In this document: one piece after another, positions 26,136-39,504 of the stretch
Position numbering within the stretch: the first letter of the stretch is position 1
Layout of the letters: the number at the start of each line of letters is the position of its first letter
NCBI GenBank assembly: GCA_951406725.2
Contig: OX597831.1
Location: 27,032,001 to 27,096,000, forward strand
Direction of reading: 5' to 3'
From: Octopus vulgaris
Taxonomy: Eukaryota
DNA: 64,000 nt
Program-made: the position numbers and the translations under genes
Notes under the pieces: generated by a model
What the model was told of the DNA's origin: nothing
Seen by the model: the letters and a program-made list of their open reading frames with translations, nothing else
The model's database searches: none

Positions 26136-26291
26136 GTTTGGGTTAACATTTAAACGAAGTGTCTCATTCAGTTGGGAATTGAACCTACGAACCGACAACC
26201 TTATGATCGTGAGGCCAACGCCTTTAACCACTGGGCCACACGCTTTCTCACGTACAGATACACGCATTCACACATCACGTACCTATACACA

Positions 26292-26334
<43 letters not shown>

Positions 26335-27410
26335 TTGGGGTAACATTTAAACGAAGTGTCTCATTCAGTTGGGAATTGAACCTACGAACCGACAACCTTA
26401 TGATCGTGAGGCCAACGCCTTTAACCACTGGGCCACACGCTTTCTCACATACACATACACACATTCACACACCACGTACCTATACACATACATGTGTGTG
26501 TGTGTATATATATGTTTGGGGGTAACATTTAAACGAAGTGTCTCATTCAGTTGGGAATTGAACCTACGAACCGACAACCTTATGATCGTGAGGCCAAAGC
26601 CTTTAACCACTGGGCCACACGCTTTCTCACATACACACATTCACACACCACGTACCTAAACACATACATGTGTGTGTGTGTGTGTGTGTGTGTATGTTTG
26701 GGGTCACATTTAAACGAAGTGTCTCATTCAGTTGGGAATTGAACCTACGAACCGATAACCTTATGATCGTGAGGCCAAAGCCTTTAACCACTGGGCCACA
26801 CGCTTTCACATATACACATACACACATTCACACATCACGTACCTATACACATACATGTGTGTGTGTGTGTATATATATGTGTGGGGTAACATTTAAACGA
26901 AGTATCTCATTCAGTTGGGAATTGAACCTACGAACCGACAACCTTATGATCGTGAGGCCAACACCTTTAACCACTGGGCCACACGCTTTCACAGATACAC
27001 ATATTCACACACCACGTACCTATACACATACATGTGTGTGTGTGTATATATATGTTTGGGGTAACATTTAAACGAAGTGTCTCATTCAGTTGGGAATTGA
27101 AACTACGAACCGACAACCTTATGAACGTGAGGCCAACACCTTTAATCACTGGGCCACACGCTTTCACATATACACATACACACATTCACACATCACGTAC
27201 CTATACACATACATGTGTGTGTGTGTGTGTATGTTTGGGGTAACATTTAAACGAAGTGTCTCATTCAATTGGGAATTGAAACTACGAACCGACAACCTTA
27301 TGATCGTGAGGCCAACGCCTTTAACCACTGGGCCACTCGCTTTCACACATACACATACACACATTCACACAGACACATTCACACATCACGTACCTATATA
27401 TACATACATG
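26136..27410 (-). repeat. Tandem array of seven 175-197-bp units, each a tRNA-like/SINE head plus a variable (CA)/(TG) spacer
   Basis: Unit anchors at 26144, 26341, 26523, 26704, 26887, 27062 and 27241. The minus strand reads TGGCCCAGTGGTTAAAGGCGTTGGCCTCACGATCATAAGGTTGTCGGTTCGTAGGTTCAATTCCC (A box and B box). Confidence 0.9.
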
Positions 27411-27435
27411 TGTGTGTGTGAGTGAGTGTGTGTGT

Positions 27436-27468
<33 letters not shown>

Positions 27469-28083
27469 AAGCTCACTTCCCAACCAAACAGTTCTGCGTT
27501 CAAGCCAACTGCGCAGTACCTTGCTAAGGTGTCTTTTATTACAGCTTCGGTCTGACGAATACCTTTGTGTGTGTGTGTGTGTGTGTGTGTGTCCGCGCGC
27601 GCGCGCGAATTTATTAGCTAGGTGTGTTGTTTACACTGTATTGCTACTGCATGCCCCGTAAAGCAAGTGGGTCGACAAGCAGAGAATGATGAAACGTGTA
27701 GCAGACTGAAGTAACCGTATTGGAGTCAAAAAAGCCTTCAACTTACTAGTGCTCCAGAATGGTCGCGGTTCATTGATTTGGAAATCAGCGAAAGCATATG
27801 AAATCTATGTAGAACGCACACCTCTACACACGTGGTTTGCTGCTGCGGTTTTTGATATCACCTGACGAGGAGTAAAAATGAATGAATAAGATAGAGAGAG
27901 AGAGAGAAAGACGGGGGAGAAAGAGATACAGAAAGAGAGGGGGTGGGGAAGGAGAGGGGATGGGGAGGGAGAGGGGGATGGGGAGGGATAGGGGGATGGG
28001 GATGGGGAGGGGGAGGGGGATGGGGATGGAGAGGGCGAGACAGATAGACAGAGACAGAGAAACAGTCAGAAACCATATGAAAC

Positions 28084-28164
<81 letters not shown>

Positions 28165-28171
28165 TGTTGTT

Positions 28172-28236
<65 letters not shown>

Positions 28237-29019
28237 TGTGGTGGTGGTGGTAGTGATAAAGATGGTGGAGGTAAGACGCTAGTTTTATGAATTAATATCG
28301 CCAGCAAAGATGATGTCATGTGAAGAAGCGTTATTTTTTTTCTTTCTTTTTCTCCTTTTCTTGAATGACTGTTACATATATGGAAATAACCACGCCCCTA
28401 TGACATCATGGAGGTGTAGACCACAGTAGGATTTCAACTAATGACAGCAAAGGTGTCTAATTAACATAAATAATTCATGTCATGAAGTCCTAGTGTCGTG
28501 TGATTGAAATGTGGTGGACTAACGTCTTGACCAGTAATGTTAACGTCGAGGTTTCGCTTCCCTCCAACGGTTTTTCATTATGGTCGTTTCGCATCTCACT
28601 TAGACTAATCATGGATATTGTAGCTATTGTAAGAAACATGAACATCACAGATTCTCGATTTCTTCTAATTTTTTTAAATGCCAATAATTTATGCATGTAT
28701 GAATGAAATTGTGTGTGTATATATGTATGTATGTGTGTGTGTTTAGGTGTTTACTGGTGTACTTTTTATATGTATCTCTGTATTTGCATATTCCTTTATA
28801 TGTGTATGATCTATTATAGTGTGTGTGTGTATGTGCGTGTGTATGTGTGCGTGTGTGTAAGTATGTGCTGTTCGGCTACCTGCGTTCGTGTTGTTACTTT
28901 CCATATGTTGTAGTTTAACAATAGGTAGGCGCTGATAGAGCTGACAGGCCTTATAATCAAAGACATTCCAGAAAAGACTATCGCGCTAATTTTTCTGGTA
29001 GTACAGAGTACTGTTAGAA

Positions 29020-29237
29020 TATTCTTTTCTACTCTAGGCACAAGGCTCAACATTTTTTTGGAAAGAGTGCCAGTCGATTAGCTCGACCTCAGTATGCAAC
29101 TGGTACCTAATTCATCGACCTCGAAAGGATTAAAGGCAAAGTCGACCTCGGCGGAATTTGAACTCAGAACGTAAAGACAGACGAAAGACCAAGAAGCATT
29201 TCGTCCGGCGTGCAAACGATTCTGCCAGCTTGCCGCC
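29020..29237 (-). mobile_element. SINE family B variant
   Basis: Reverse complement of the family B sequence. Confidence 0.75.
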
Positions 29238-29489
29238 TACGAGTTAGCTTCTTGGAAAAGGTAAGGAACGAAACCAGGTCTTGTTCATTGCATTTGTGGC
29301 ATTATAAAACTAGAAACTTCTATGGAATATTCTTAAAAAGCTTGCTGCACGCCAAAATCTGTCCATCTCCACTACCATTTCCATATGGGCATATCTGGTG
29401 GCATTACTGGAAAAAGAAATCTGAGACTCTTAATAAAACGACAAGTGTAAGACAAGGCTTCGTACTGGCTCCTTTACTCTTTACTTTTT

Positions 29490-29713
29490 TTACTCTTTTA
29501 CTTGTTTCAGTCATTTGACTGCGGCCATGCTGGAGCACTGCCTTTAGTCGAGCAAATCGATCCCGGGACTTATTCTTTGTAAGCCTAGTTCTTATTCTAT
29601 CGGTCTCTTTTCCCGAACCGCTAAGTTACGGGGACGTAAACACACCAGCATCGGTTGTCAAGCGATGTTGGGGGACAAACACAGACACAAACATACACAC
29701 ACATACACACATA

Positions 29714-29758
<45 letters not shown>

Positions 29759-30176
29759 GACGGGCTTCTTTCAGTTTCCGTCTACCAAATCCACTCACAA
29801 GGCTTTGGTCGGCCTGATACTAGAGTAGTAGACACTTGCCCAAGGTGCCACGCAGTGGAACTGAACCCGGAACCATGTGGTTGGTAAGCAAGCTACTTAC
29901 CACACAGCCACTCCTACGCCTATACTTTTATTTTTTTATTCTTCATCATTTATCTTTTACTAGTTCCGGTCATTGGACTGTGCCCATGCTGGGGCACCAC
30001 TTTATAAGGTTTAGTACAACACATTAACCCCAGTGCTTACTTTTTTGTTTCGGTCCGGCGCCTGTTCTATTGTGTTCTTTTGCCGAACCGCTAAATCACA
30101 GGAACGTAAACAAAACAACACCGGTTGTCAAGCAGTCGGGACGGGGACAGACACGATCACAAAGACACACACATAG

Positions 30177-30214
<38 letters not shown>

Positions 30215-31050
30215 CTCTTTTATCTTTTACTTGTTTCAAGCATTAGACTGCGACCATGCTGCAGCATCACCTTGAAGAATATTTAGTTGAAAAAATCGAC
30301 CACAGAACTTTTTTCTTTCTTTCTTTCTTTCTTTCTTTCTTTTATTTTAATCCTGGTTCTTATTCTATCGCTCTCTTCAAACCGAACCGCTAGTTTACGG
30401 GGAGGTAAACACACCAACACCGGTTGTCAAGCGGTGGGGGGGGGGGGCAACTTCAGACATAAACACACATACACACACAATACATACATACATACATACA
30501 TACATACATACATACATACATACATACATACATACATACATACGACGGGCTTCTTTCAATTTCCGTCAACCAAATCCACTCACAAGCTTTTGATTGGCCA
30601 AAGGCTATAGAAGAAAACACTTGCCTAAGATCCCAACGTGCAGTCTGACTGAACCCAGAACCATGTGGTTGGGAAGCAAACTTTTTACCTTACGGCCACA
30701 CCTACATGGTTCCGGGTTCACTTCCACTGCGTAGCACCTTGGGACGTGTCTTCAACTATAACCTTGAGGCGACTAACGCCTTGTAAGTGGATTTGGTTGA
30801 TGGTAAGTAAAAGAAGCCTGTCGTATGTATAAGTGTGTGTGTCTGTATTTGTTCCCCACCACTGCATGACAACCGATGTTGGTACATTTTCGTCCACGTA
30901 ACTAAGCTGTTCGGCGAAAGACACGGAATAAGTACGAGGCTTTAAAAATAATAATAAGTACGGGGGACGATTCATTCAACAAAAAAAATCTTCAAGGCGG
31001 TGCCCCAGTATGGCCGCAGTCTGATGACTGAGAAAAGTAAAAGATGAAAG
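29490..31050. mobile_element. Cluster of family A SINEs in both orientations
   Basis: Minus copies at 29490-29920, 29950-30150 and 30220-30700; plus copy at 30705-31050. Confidence 0.75.
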
Positions 31051-31233
31051 ATAAGCACCACGGACAAAGGAGAAATGCTCAAATTATTTGAGTGATAAAT
31101 ACACAGAATGTAGATTGGTGTAGGTCTAGTCTTTAAAACCAGTTTGGGAAAGTAATGAACATGTTTCGGTTTTATGAGACATCCTTAGCAAAGTCAATAC
31201 TATTCAACAATGACTAAGCGTGGTTTATCTATC

Positions 31234-31333
<100 letters not shown>

Positions 31334-31355
31334 GATCTATCTATCTATCTATCTA

Positions 31356-31406
<51 letters not shown>

Positions 31407-31558
31407 ATATATATATATATATGTCTCTCTTTCTATCTATCTATCTCTCACTCACTCTCTCTCGCCCTCCCTCTCTCTCTCTCTCTCTATCTGTCTATCT
31501 CTATTTAATCATCTATCTTTCTGTTTCTCTGTCTGTTTGTCTATTTGTCTATTTATCG

Positions 31559-31607
<49 letters not shown>

Positions 31608-32069
31608 TCTTTTATCTTTCACTTGTTCAAGTCATTGGTCTGCTGTCATGCTAGATCACCGCCCTCAAGGATTTTTAGTCGAACAAATCGACCACGGTAC
31701 TTAATTTTTATTTTCAAAGTTTGGTGCATATTCTATCGATCTTTTTTGCCGAACCTCTAAGTTACGCGGAAGTAAATAAACCAAAACCGCCAGTTGTCGA
31801 GTGGTGGTTTAGGAAAAAACGCAAATGCGAAGATACACACACAAATATCTACGACGGGCTTCTTTCTGTTTCCGCATCTAAATCCATTCACAATGGTGTG
31901 GTAGGCCCAGGGCCATAGTAAAAGATTCTCCCCTAAGGCTCCACGCAAAACCACGCCGTTGGGAAACAAAATTCTTACCATAGATGCGCCTACATGTATG
32001 TATGTATGCGTGTTTATATATACATGTGTGTGTGCGTGTGTGTTTATATATATGTAGTCATAAAGCGAG

Positions 32070-32482
32070 ACAGATGAGTGACAACCCGGCCACTAGTGGT
32101 GGTGTTACACACCATACTAATCATAACTGTCAGGCATGTGGAAGAGAGTGTAATTCGGCAGGAGGACTTAAACGACATGCAAAGGTACATGAAGCCCAGT
32201 TACAACAACAGCCGACTGTTACCGGTAAAGGTTTTAGCTAGCAATTCTAGGAGGCGCAATGGCCTAGTGGTTAGGGCAGCGGACTTGCGGTCGGAGGATC
32301 GCGGTTTCGATTCCCAGACCGGGCTTTGTGTGTGTTTATTGAGCGAAAAAAACACCTAAAAGCTAAAAAAAAATTCTGTACAAGACATTGTAGATCTTTA
32401 GCTGGGCTAAAAAGTCACATTCGATCACAGCACCAATAACAGTGAAGCTTCATGCAATGGCCATACTCGATAAGGAGGGGCA

Positions 32483-32490
<8 letters not shown>
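32070..32490 (+). mobile_element. 3' end of an RTE-like LINE (two C2H2 zinc-finger motifs) interrupted by a SINE head
   Basis: CQACGRECNSAGGLKRHAKVH, then after the SINE head (32250-32360, short AATTCT duplication) CTRHCRSLAGLKSHIRSQHQ*. A short 3' UTR ends in (AT)n. Confidence 0.6.
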
Positions 32491-32522
<32 letters not shown>

Positions 32523-33332
32523 CAATTGTTTCGACACATCTAGCATCGACTCCTCTTGTGGGACACACAAAAACTGGTTCAGGCGTATCCGGTGGTGCAG
32601 ACGTATCTCGTCGAGTGATGAATAAATACCAACAAAAGTCTCGTTACAATGACTGTTCCATAATGCAACTTTCCGTTTTGTAGAGAGAAAAACAGCCAGA
32701 CGGAGGAAAATTCTTCATATATATATATATAGAAGATCCAAATATAAGATTGCAGACGACAAAAAAAGAAACGAACACTTAATCCAGCGAGAAAAAGTAT
32801 TGAAAATAACCGTTAACCGATATGGATGTATAAACGCCTTCGGGCAAGTAGCATGGCACGAGTACACACACTCATGCAAGCATTAGCAAAAATGGGAGCA
32901 TACGTACACGTGAGGTTAGGTGCACTCATGATTACAAAGCGAGTTAGATATTTAGTTGGTGTTTAGAAGAACGAGGAGGTTTTTAAGTAAATTGAAGTCA
33001 TCCATACCTTAAAGTAAAATAAAATAAAATTACACTAAGTTAATGGTTGCTCAAAATTCATTCTCACTGCATTGTGCGAAAGTACATTTATATGCGTGTA
33101 GGCATCTGAATAGTCTTTCAGAAATGTTGTTGTTGTTTCAATTGTCTTGTGGGTAACGATATATGTAAACAGCAGCGTTGAGCAACCTGGGCTGAGGTTC
33201 AATTTCACCCAGCGCTTGCAATTAGGTAGTCTTATCAAACAAATTTTAGAAATAGGCGGTACCCCAGCATGGCCACAGCTCGTGAGCTGAAACTAGATAA
33301 AATATAAAATATATATAAATGTAAATAAAAAT

Positions 33333-33565
33333 AGGCGGCGAGCTGGCAGAACCGTTAGCACGCCGGGCGAAATGCGTAGTCGTATTTCGTCTGCCGTTAC
33401 GTTCTGAGTTCAAATTCCGCCGAGGTCGACTTTGCCTTTCATCCTTTTAGGGTCGATAAATTAAGTACCAGTTACGCACTGGGGTCGATGTAATCGACTT
33501 AATCCGTTTGTCTGTCCTTGTTTGTCCCCTCTATGTTTAGCCCCTTGTGCGTAATAAAGAAACAG
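33333..33565 (+). mobile_element. SINE family B, full length
   Basis: Matches the family B sequence. Confidence 0.85.
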
Positions 33566-33739
33566 ATAGTCTTTCAGAAATTCTAGTATCTTTTCATTAG
33601 TTCACAGAATATATATAGTTAATTTACAGAAAATAAAAGACGAACATAAGTGAAGGAACAACAAGAAGGTGCACAATTTAAGACTGGTGAAACAGACTTC
33701 CCAGACAACGTCTGACCACCAAGATCCTTTTTCTTTTTT

Positions 33740-33960
33740 TTTTTTTTTTTTGGTCAAAGAGGACACATTCCCGCCAGAGACCAAGAACTCTATATTTAAG
33801 ACGGTTGCAATTTCAGAATCACTGTGGCTGGTGACTAAGGCTCCGAGAACGGCATGTCTTTTGATCTTCTGCATGTAACTCGAAGCTTCCGTGTTGAAAC
33901 TGAGAAAAAAGTAAATATTCTGTTAAAGTTTGGTTCTGAACAGGTTTGTTTTCAAACAGC
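33740..33960 (-). mobile_element. Tc1/mariner-like transposase N-terminal fragment
   Basis: MQKIKRHAVLGALVTSHSDSEIATVLNI resembles a paired-like HTH start. Truncated. Confidence 0.4.
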
Positions 33961-33994
33961 TGACTCGCCCTGTGCTTATATACATACGTAGATA

Positions 33995-34225
33995 TCCCAA
34001 AACCCCTGAGAGACCTACATGGGGTGGATGTAGGCGTCTTCAAAACAAAACTGGATCTCCTCCTGCCAAGAGTTCCGGATGAACCTAACAGCGACTAAAA
34101 ACGAAGATGAGGGCAGCAGCATCAAATTGCATCATTCACCAAATGTCACATATCAGAGGAGGTTTAGCGAAATTGTAGCAAAGCTAACGATGGTACCCAG
34201 ATATGGCCGCCCTTCATGAACTGAT
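33995..34225 (+). mobile_element. 3' end of a CR1/L2-group LINE
   Basis: IPKPLRDLHGVDVGVFKTKLDLLLPRVPDEP...RAAASN, a typical ORF2 C-terminus (F.K.KLD), followed by a tail resembling the family A SINE tail. Confidence 0.6.
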
Positions 34226-34333
34226 TTTAATAAAGAATACATACATACATACATACATACATACGTGCGTACATACATACATACATACATACATACATAC
34301 ATACATACATACATACATACATACATACATACA

Positions 34334-34366
<33 letters not shown>

Positions 34367-34428
34367 GTGTGTGTGTGAGTGTGTGTATAAATGTGTATAA
34401 ATATGTACACTTACTTATGTATATATAT

Positions 34429-34460
<32 letters not shown>

Positions 34461-34544
34461 GTGTGTATGTATATATATATATACATACACACATACATAT
34501 ATGTGTGTGTGTGTGTATCAAGTTATAAAGGACGACAAAAATAG

Positions 34545-34945
34545 TATTCTTTTACTTGTTTCATTAATTTGACTGCGGCCATGCTGCAGCACCGCCTTTA
34601 GTCGAACAAATCAACTCCAGGACTTATTCTTTGTAAGCTTAGTACTTATTGTATCGGACACGTTGTCGAACCGCTAAGTTACGGGTACATAAACACACCA
34701 ACATCGGTTGTCAAGCGATGGTAGGGGGAAAAACACAGACACACACACACATATATTTGTATATGTATATACATATATACGACGGGCTTCTTTCAATTTC
34801 CGTCTACCAAATCCACTTACAAGGCTCTGGTGGGCCCGAGACTATAGTAGAAGACACTTGCCCAAGGTGCCACGCAGGGGTACCGAACCCGGAACCATGT
34901 GGTTGGTAAACAAGCTTCTTACCACACAGCCACGCTGCGCCTATG
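34545..34945 (-). mobile_element. SINE family A
   Basis: Reverse complement of the family A sequence. Confidence 0.8.
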
Positions 34946-36168
34946 ATAAAATATATTTAACCATTGGAAATTTTTGTTATCTCACAACAATTGTTTCGCA
35001 ACCTAAAACATGCAGAAATAAGGAAGTTTTTTTATGAGTACCATCGGATTAGCCGAATCCATATATCATATATTGCGACTTTATATATGTATGTGTGTAT
35101 TTCATCATGTTAAACCGTTAATCACTGTACATTTATCTCCCACCGTTTTTTCGTTCTCTCTCCATTCTTTTTTTACCTCGCATCACTTTGTGTCGAAGGG
35201 CGTAGGCTCGAAACGTCAATGACTTTTCCATTCTTCCTGAGCATCAAACTTGCTGTTGTCCCTTGACCTGTCTTCGAATTTTGTTTTCTGTAAATTTAAA
35301 CTATGCCTCGTTTCTCTATTTTTTTCGTTGTTCGAAAAAAAGTTCGTTTTCTATGTTTTTGTTTTTATGTTTTCGTTTCTCATTGTGTTCAACGTTTTTT
35401 AATGTTCTGTATCCATATATGCATATATATGTAGGTATGTACATATATGTAAGTATATATGCATATATTTATATATTATTTATATTATTATATGACAGAA
35501 CGCCACGCATCCTTTTCCAAGTAAGTTTTATCTTAATAATTACGATGCGCACTCTTCTATCTCTACTATCTCTCTCCCTCTCTTGTTCTTCAACCTTACT
35601 GGTTTTCTCTCCCACCCTTCCCTACTCTTCTCCTCTCCTCTTCATCGTTCCCTGTCTTTCACTCTTCCTCATTGACTCTCTCGTCGCTGACACGTGACGA
35701 AAGGTTATATATATTTTTGCCCATTTCCTTACTAAAGACAACATGTGCTTATACCTGTCTCCTCTCATAAGCTCGCCTTCCTAGCGTTCATAAATATTCT
35801 ATCGTCTTGGCTTAACAATCCTCACCGTTTGTTTTTACTCTCTTGTTCTCACTGCCCTGTTCTTTTTACTGTTTTGTTCTCACTGTCCTGTTCTTGTTAC
35901 CTTTTCACCCTCCGCAAAAAATCCCAAATTTTATTTAATTTGCTTTGCGGGAAGGACTGTTTCAACGAAGTTGCGTATTGGCCTTGCCTTAGATAGACGG
36001 AGTAGATGAAACAGGGACAACAGATGAAGGGGAATATTCTTTATTTTGCATGTCCCGTTTCTCTGTTTGTTTTACCGTTGTTCGAAAATAGTTCGTTTTC
36101 TATGTTTTTGTTTTTATGTTTTCGTTTCTCAGTGTGTTCAACGTTTTTTGATGTCCTGTACCCATATA

Positions 36169-36240
<72 letters not shown>

Positions 36241-36273
36241 CATATATGTATGTATATATGCATATATTTATAT

Positions 36274-36343
<70 letters not shown>

Positions 36344-36569
36344 CAGAAAAAGGAAAAACAAACTATGAAAACAGATCTATATATATATATACACCCATAA
36401 ACACTATTTTTTGAGATCTGCTGCTATCTACCGAGACTTTACAAAGGAAAAGAAAGAGAGACAGAAAAAGTGAAAAATATCTGACGTATTTGAAGACTAT
36501 GGAAATATTTGCAAAACATTTCGTTTGATTTTTTCTTCAATTTATTTGGGGTTTTTTTTTGTTTTACTC

Positions 36570-36607
36570 TTAGTTGAAAAAGTCGAAAAGACTGAAACCG
36601 GTACCAA
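36570..36607 (+). ncRNA. Minimal hammerhead motif with U3-A8 swapped core
   Basis: ttag-TTGAAAA-AGTCgaaaaGACT-GAAAC-cg-GTA-ccaa, with the ACCGGT palindrome as stem III. It lies in a (TA)n-flanked segment. Confidence 0.6.
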
Positions 36608-36658
36608 ATGTATTTCATAATAATATTATTTTAGCATTTTCTACCTTCTCTTGTTTTC

Positions 36659-36732
<74 letters not shown>

Positions 36733-36743
36733 TGTATATATGT

Positions 36744-36800
<57 letters not shown>

Positions 36801-36804
<4 letters not shown>

Positions 36805-37598
36805 TTTGAAGTCTTACAGCTGTTTCTGTGATAACCCAAGCGGTAGGTTAGCACGTCCGTGCACTAGGTATTTCGTCATCAGAGACAAGCTATGAATATT
36901 TTGGACGGGGAAAATTTACAGTTTATAAGGAATAAAATAAAGGAAAAAAGAAATCAAATAGAATAAAGAGTAAAAATAGTAAGAAGAATATAGGCAGGAG
37001 AATAATGTTCACTACTCATTTTTTTCACAGGCAGTATTTTGGCAGTATTCGGCATGATGTACTCATAATGAGTGAAGGCGCATGGCTCAGTGGTTAGAGC
37101 GTCGAGCTTACGATCGTGAGGTTGTGAGTTTGAATCCCGGACCGGGTTGCGTGTTGTGTTCTTGAGCAAGACACTTTATTTCACGTTGCTCCAGTTCACT
37201 CAGCTGTAGAAATGAGTTGCGACGTCACAGGTGCCAAGCTGTATTGGCCTCTGCCTTACCCTTGGATAACACTGGTGGCGTGGAGAGAGAAGGCCGGTAT
37301 GCATAGGCGACTGCTGGTCTTCTATAAAAACAACTTTGCCCGGACTTGTGCCTGGTGCAATCCCATGGTCAATCATGTCCGAAGGGGGTCTCAGCATTCA
37401 TAATGTGAACATTATTCTCCTGACTATATTCTTCTAACTACTTTTACTCGTTATTCTTCTATTTTATTCCTTGCAAACTGTAAATTTCCCCCGTCTAAAA
37501 TATTCATAGCTTGTCTCTGATGACGGAATACCCGGTGCACGGACACACTAACCAACCACTTGCGTTATCAAAGAAACGACTGTAAGACTTCAAATTCA
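36801..37598. mobile_element. Diverged fold-back element (arms 36801-37010 and 37405-37598), each arm with a long-stem-II hammerhead-like motif, and a SINE (37074-37397) in the loop
   Basis: gtct-CTGATGA-(~50 nt)-GAAAC-agct/gact-GTA-agac in both arms, in opposite orientation. TCATAATG flanks the SINE on both sides. Confidence 0.7.
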
Positions 37599-37668
37599 CC
37601 TTACCCTAATTAAATTATTCTTAATGACTTGAGATACTCGTTCTGCACTGGTTTTGATTTTTCCTGTA

Positions 37669-37749
<81 letters not shown>

Positions 37750-37751
<2 letters not shown>

Positions 37752-38140
37752 GTTTCTTATTTCTCCATTGTCCACAAGGGGCTACACACAGAGGAGACAA
37801 ACGACAGACAAACGGATTAAGTCGATTACATTGATCCCAGTGTGTAACTGGTACTTAATTTATCGACCACGAAAGGATGAAAGGCAAAGTCGACCTCGGT
37901 GGAATTTGAACTCAGAACATAGCGGCAGACGAAATACCGCTAGGCATTTCGTCCGGCGTGCTAACGTTTCTGCCAGCTCGCCGCTGCTACCGTTTCCGTC
38001 AACCAAATTTACTCACAAGGCTTTGGTCGACGCGAGGCTGTAGTAGAAGACACTCACCACTTGCCCAAGGTGCCGCACAGTGGGACTGAATCCGGAACTA
38101 TGTAGCCGGGAAGCAAATTCGTACCACACGGCCACGCCTG
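37750..38140 (-). mobile_element. SINE family B plus a family A head
   Basis: Matches to both family sequences. Confidence 0.75.
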
Positions 38141-38221
38141 AGGAGACTTTCAAAAGATTTTTCTTTGGGATCGGCTGAATCCTGTTTTCTTTAACAATAC
38201 AGCAACACAAACACTATAAAC

Positions 38222-38610
38222 GTTTCATGGCTCTGTGGTTAGAGCGTCGGGCTCACAGTCATAAGGTAGTGAGTTCGATTCCCGGCCCAGGCTGTATGTT
38301 GTATTCTTGAGGAAGACGTTTTATTTCACGTTGCTCCAGTTCATTCTTCCACAGATATGAGTTGCGACGTGAAATTAACACACGTACATGTGTATCCTTA
38401 AAGTAGTTCTCGTCGAGATCCAGCATGACACAGAACGTGACAAGGCTGACCCTTTGAATTACAGGTACAACACATTTTTGCCAGTTTTATGGACTGGAGA
38501 AACGTGAAATAAAGTGTCTTGTTCAAGTATACAACGCGCCGCCAGGAATCGAACTCGCGCCCTTACGATTGTAAGCCGAATACCCTAACCACTAAGCCAC
38601 GCGTCTTCAC
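38222..38610. mobile_element. Two tRNA-head SINE fragments in convergent orientation
   Basis: Plus-strand head TGGCTCTGTGG...GAGTTCGATTCCC, and a minus-strand head ending ctaaccactaagccacgcgtcttcac. Confidence 0.65.
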
Positions 38611-39042
38611 TGACTGAACGAGAATAATTATGTCTTTTATTAGCCACAAGGGCTGTATGAACATAAACAGTACAACTTAATAGCACCGAAGGTCTCTCTA
38701 AACGATCACACTTCCTTAAGTAAAACTGTATCGCAAACTAACGTTTCAATTTGGAGCCAGAAAATACTTAACTTTTACCAATAGCAGCTGCTAATCCTTA
38801 AGAAAACTCAAGTAGGACCCACACTGGAATTAGAATAATTCGCCAGTTTCTGCGATGATAACACTAGCCGTACATACACACACACACACACACACAAAGG
38901 CATCCTGGACTGCATCCAAAGGAAGACCATCCTATCTGATTCACATGAAGTCACTCATCAACACACTCTCCAGCACCTGGCTTACAGACATCCCAATTAC
39001 CCCCTCCTTCCCCACCTCTCTCTCTCTCTCCCTTTCTCTCTC

Positions 39043-39118
<76 letters not shown>

Positions 39119-39504
39119 TGCTTTTTATCACTATTGCAGTGGCTTCTATTCCTAGGAGCAAGGCTGATCTCAAGGTCGCCCGTCTCAAGCACTACTTCTG
39201 ACTACACGGTATCTCTTCGTGTCCTCACGCAAATTTGTGGTCACTCATCAGCGCCACACACACACACATACACACACACACACACACCACACACACACAC
39301 GTGTACATACATCCAAACATATATTCGTACACTCCTGTAACTATTATAAGTGTCGAATTTGTTGAGGAAAATGAACATGTCCGCATTTCTCATGTTTTCC
39401 TGTTGTTCTCTACGTCTTCCTATGCCTGGCGCTGTGTATGCGTGTGTGCGCGCGCATGCATGTACACACACATGTATGTATGTATATATATATATATATA
39501 TATA

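Noticed and set aside
26136-27410. CRISPR array or tRNA-Val gene cluster
   Set aside because: Eukaryotic context, repeats over 100 bp, spacers are homologous microsatellites, and there are no cas genes. The heads lack an acceptor stem and match SINE heads elsewhere in the window.
31984-32241. Host C2H2 zinc-finger gene
   Set aside because: No TGEKP linkers or splice context; it is disrupted by a SINE and followed by a LINE-type 3' end.
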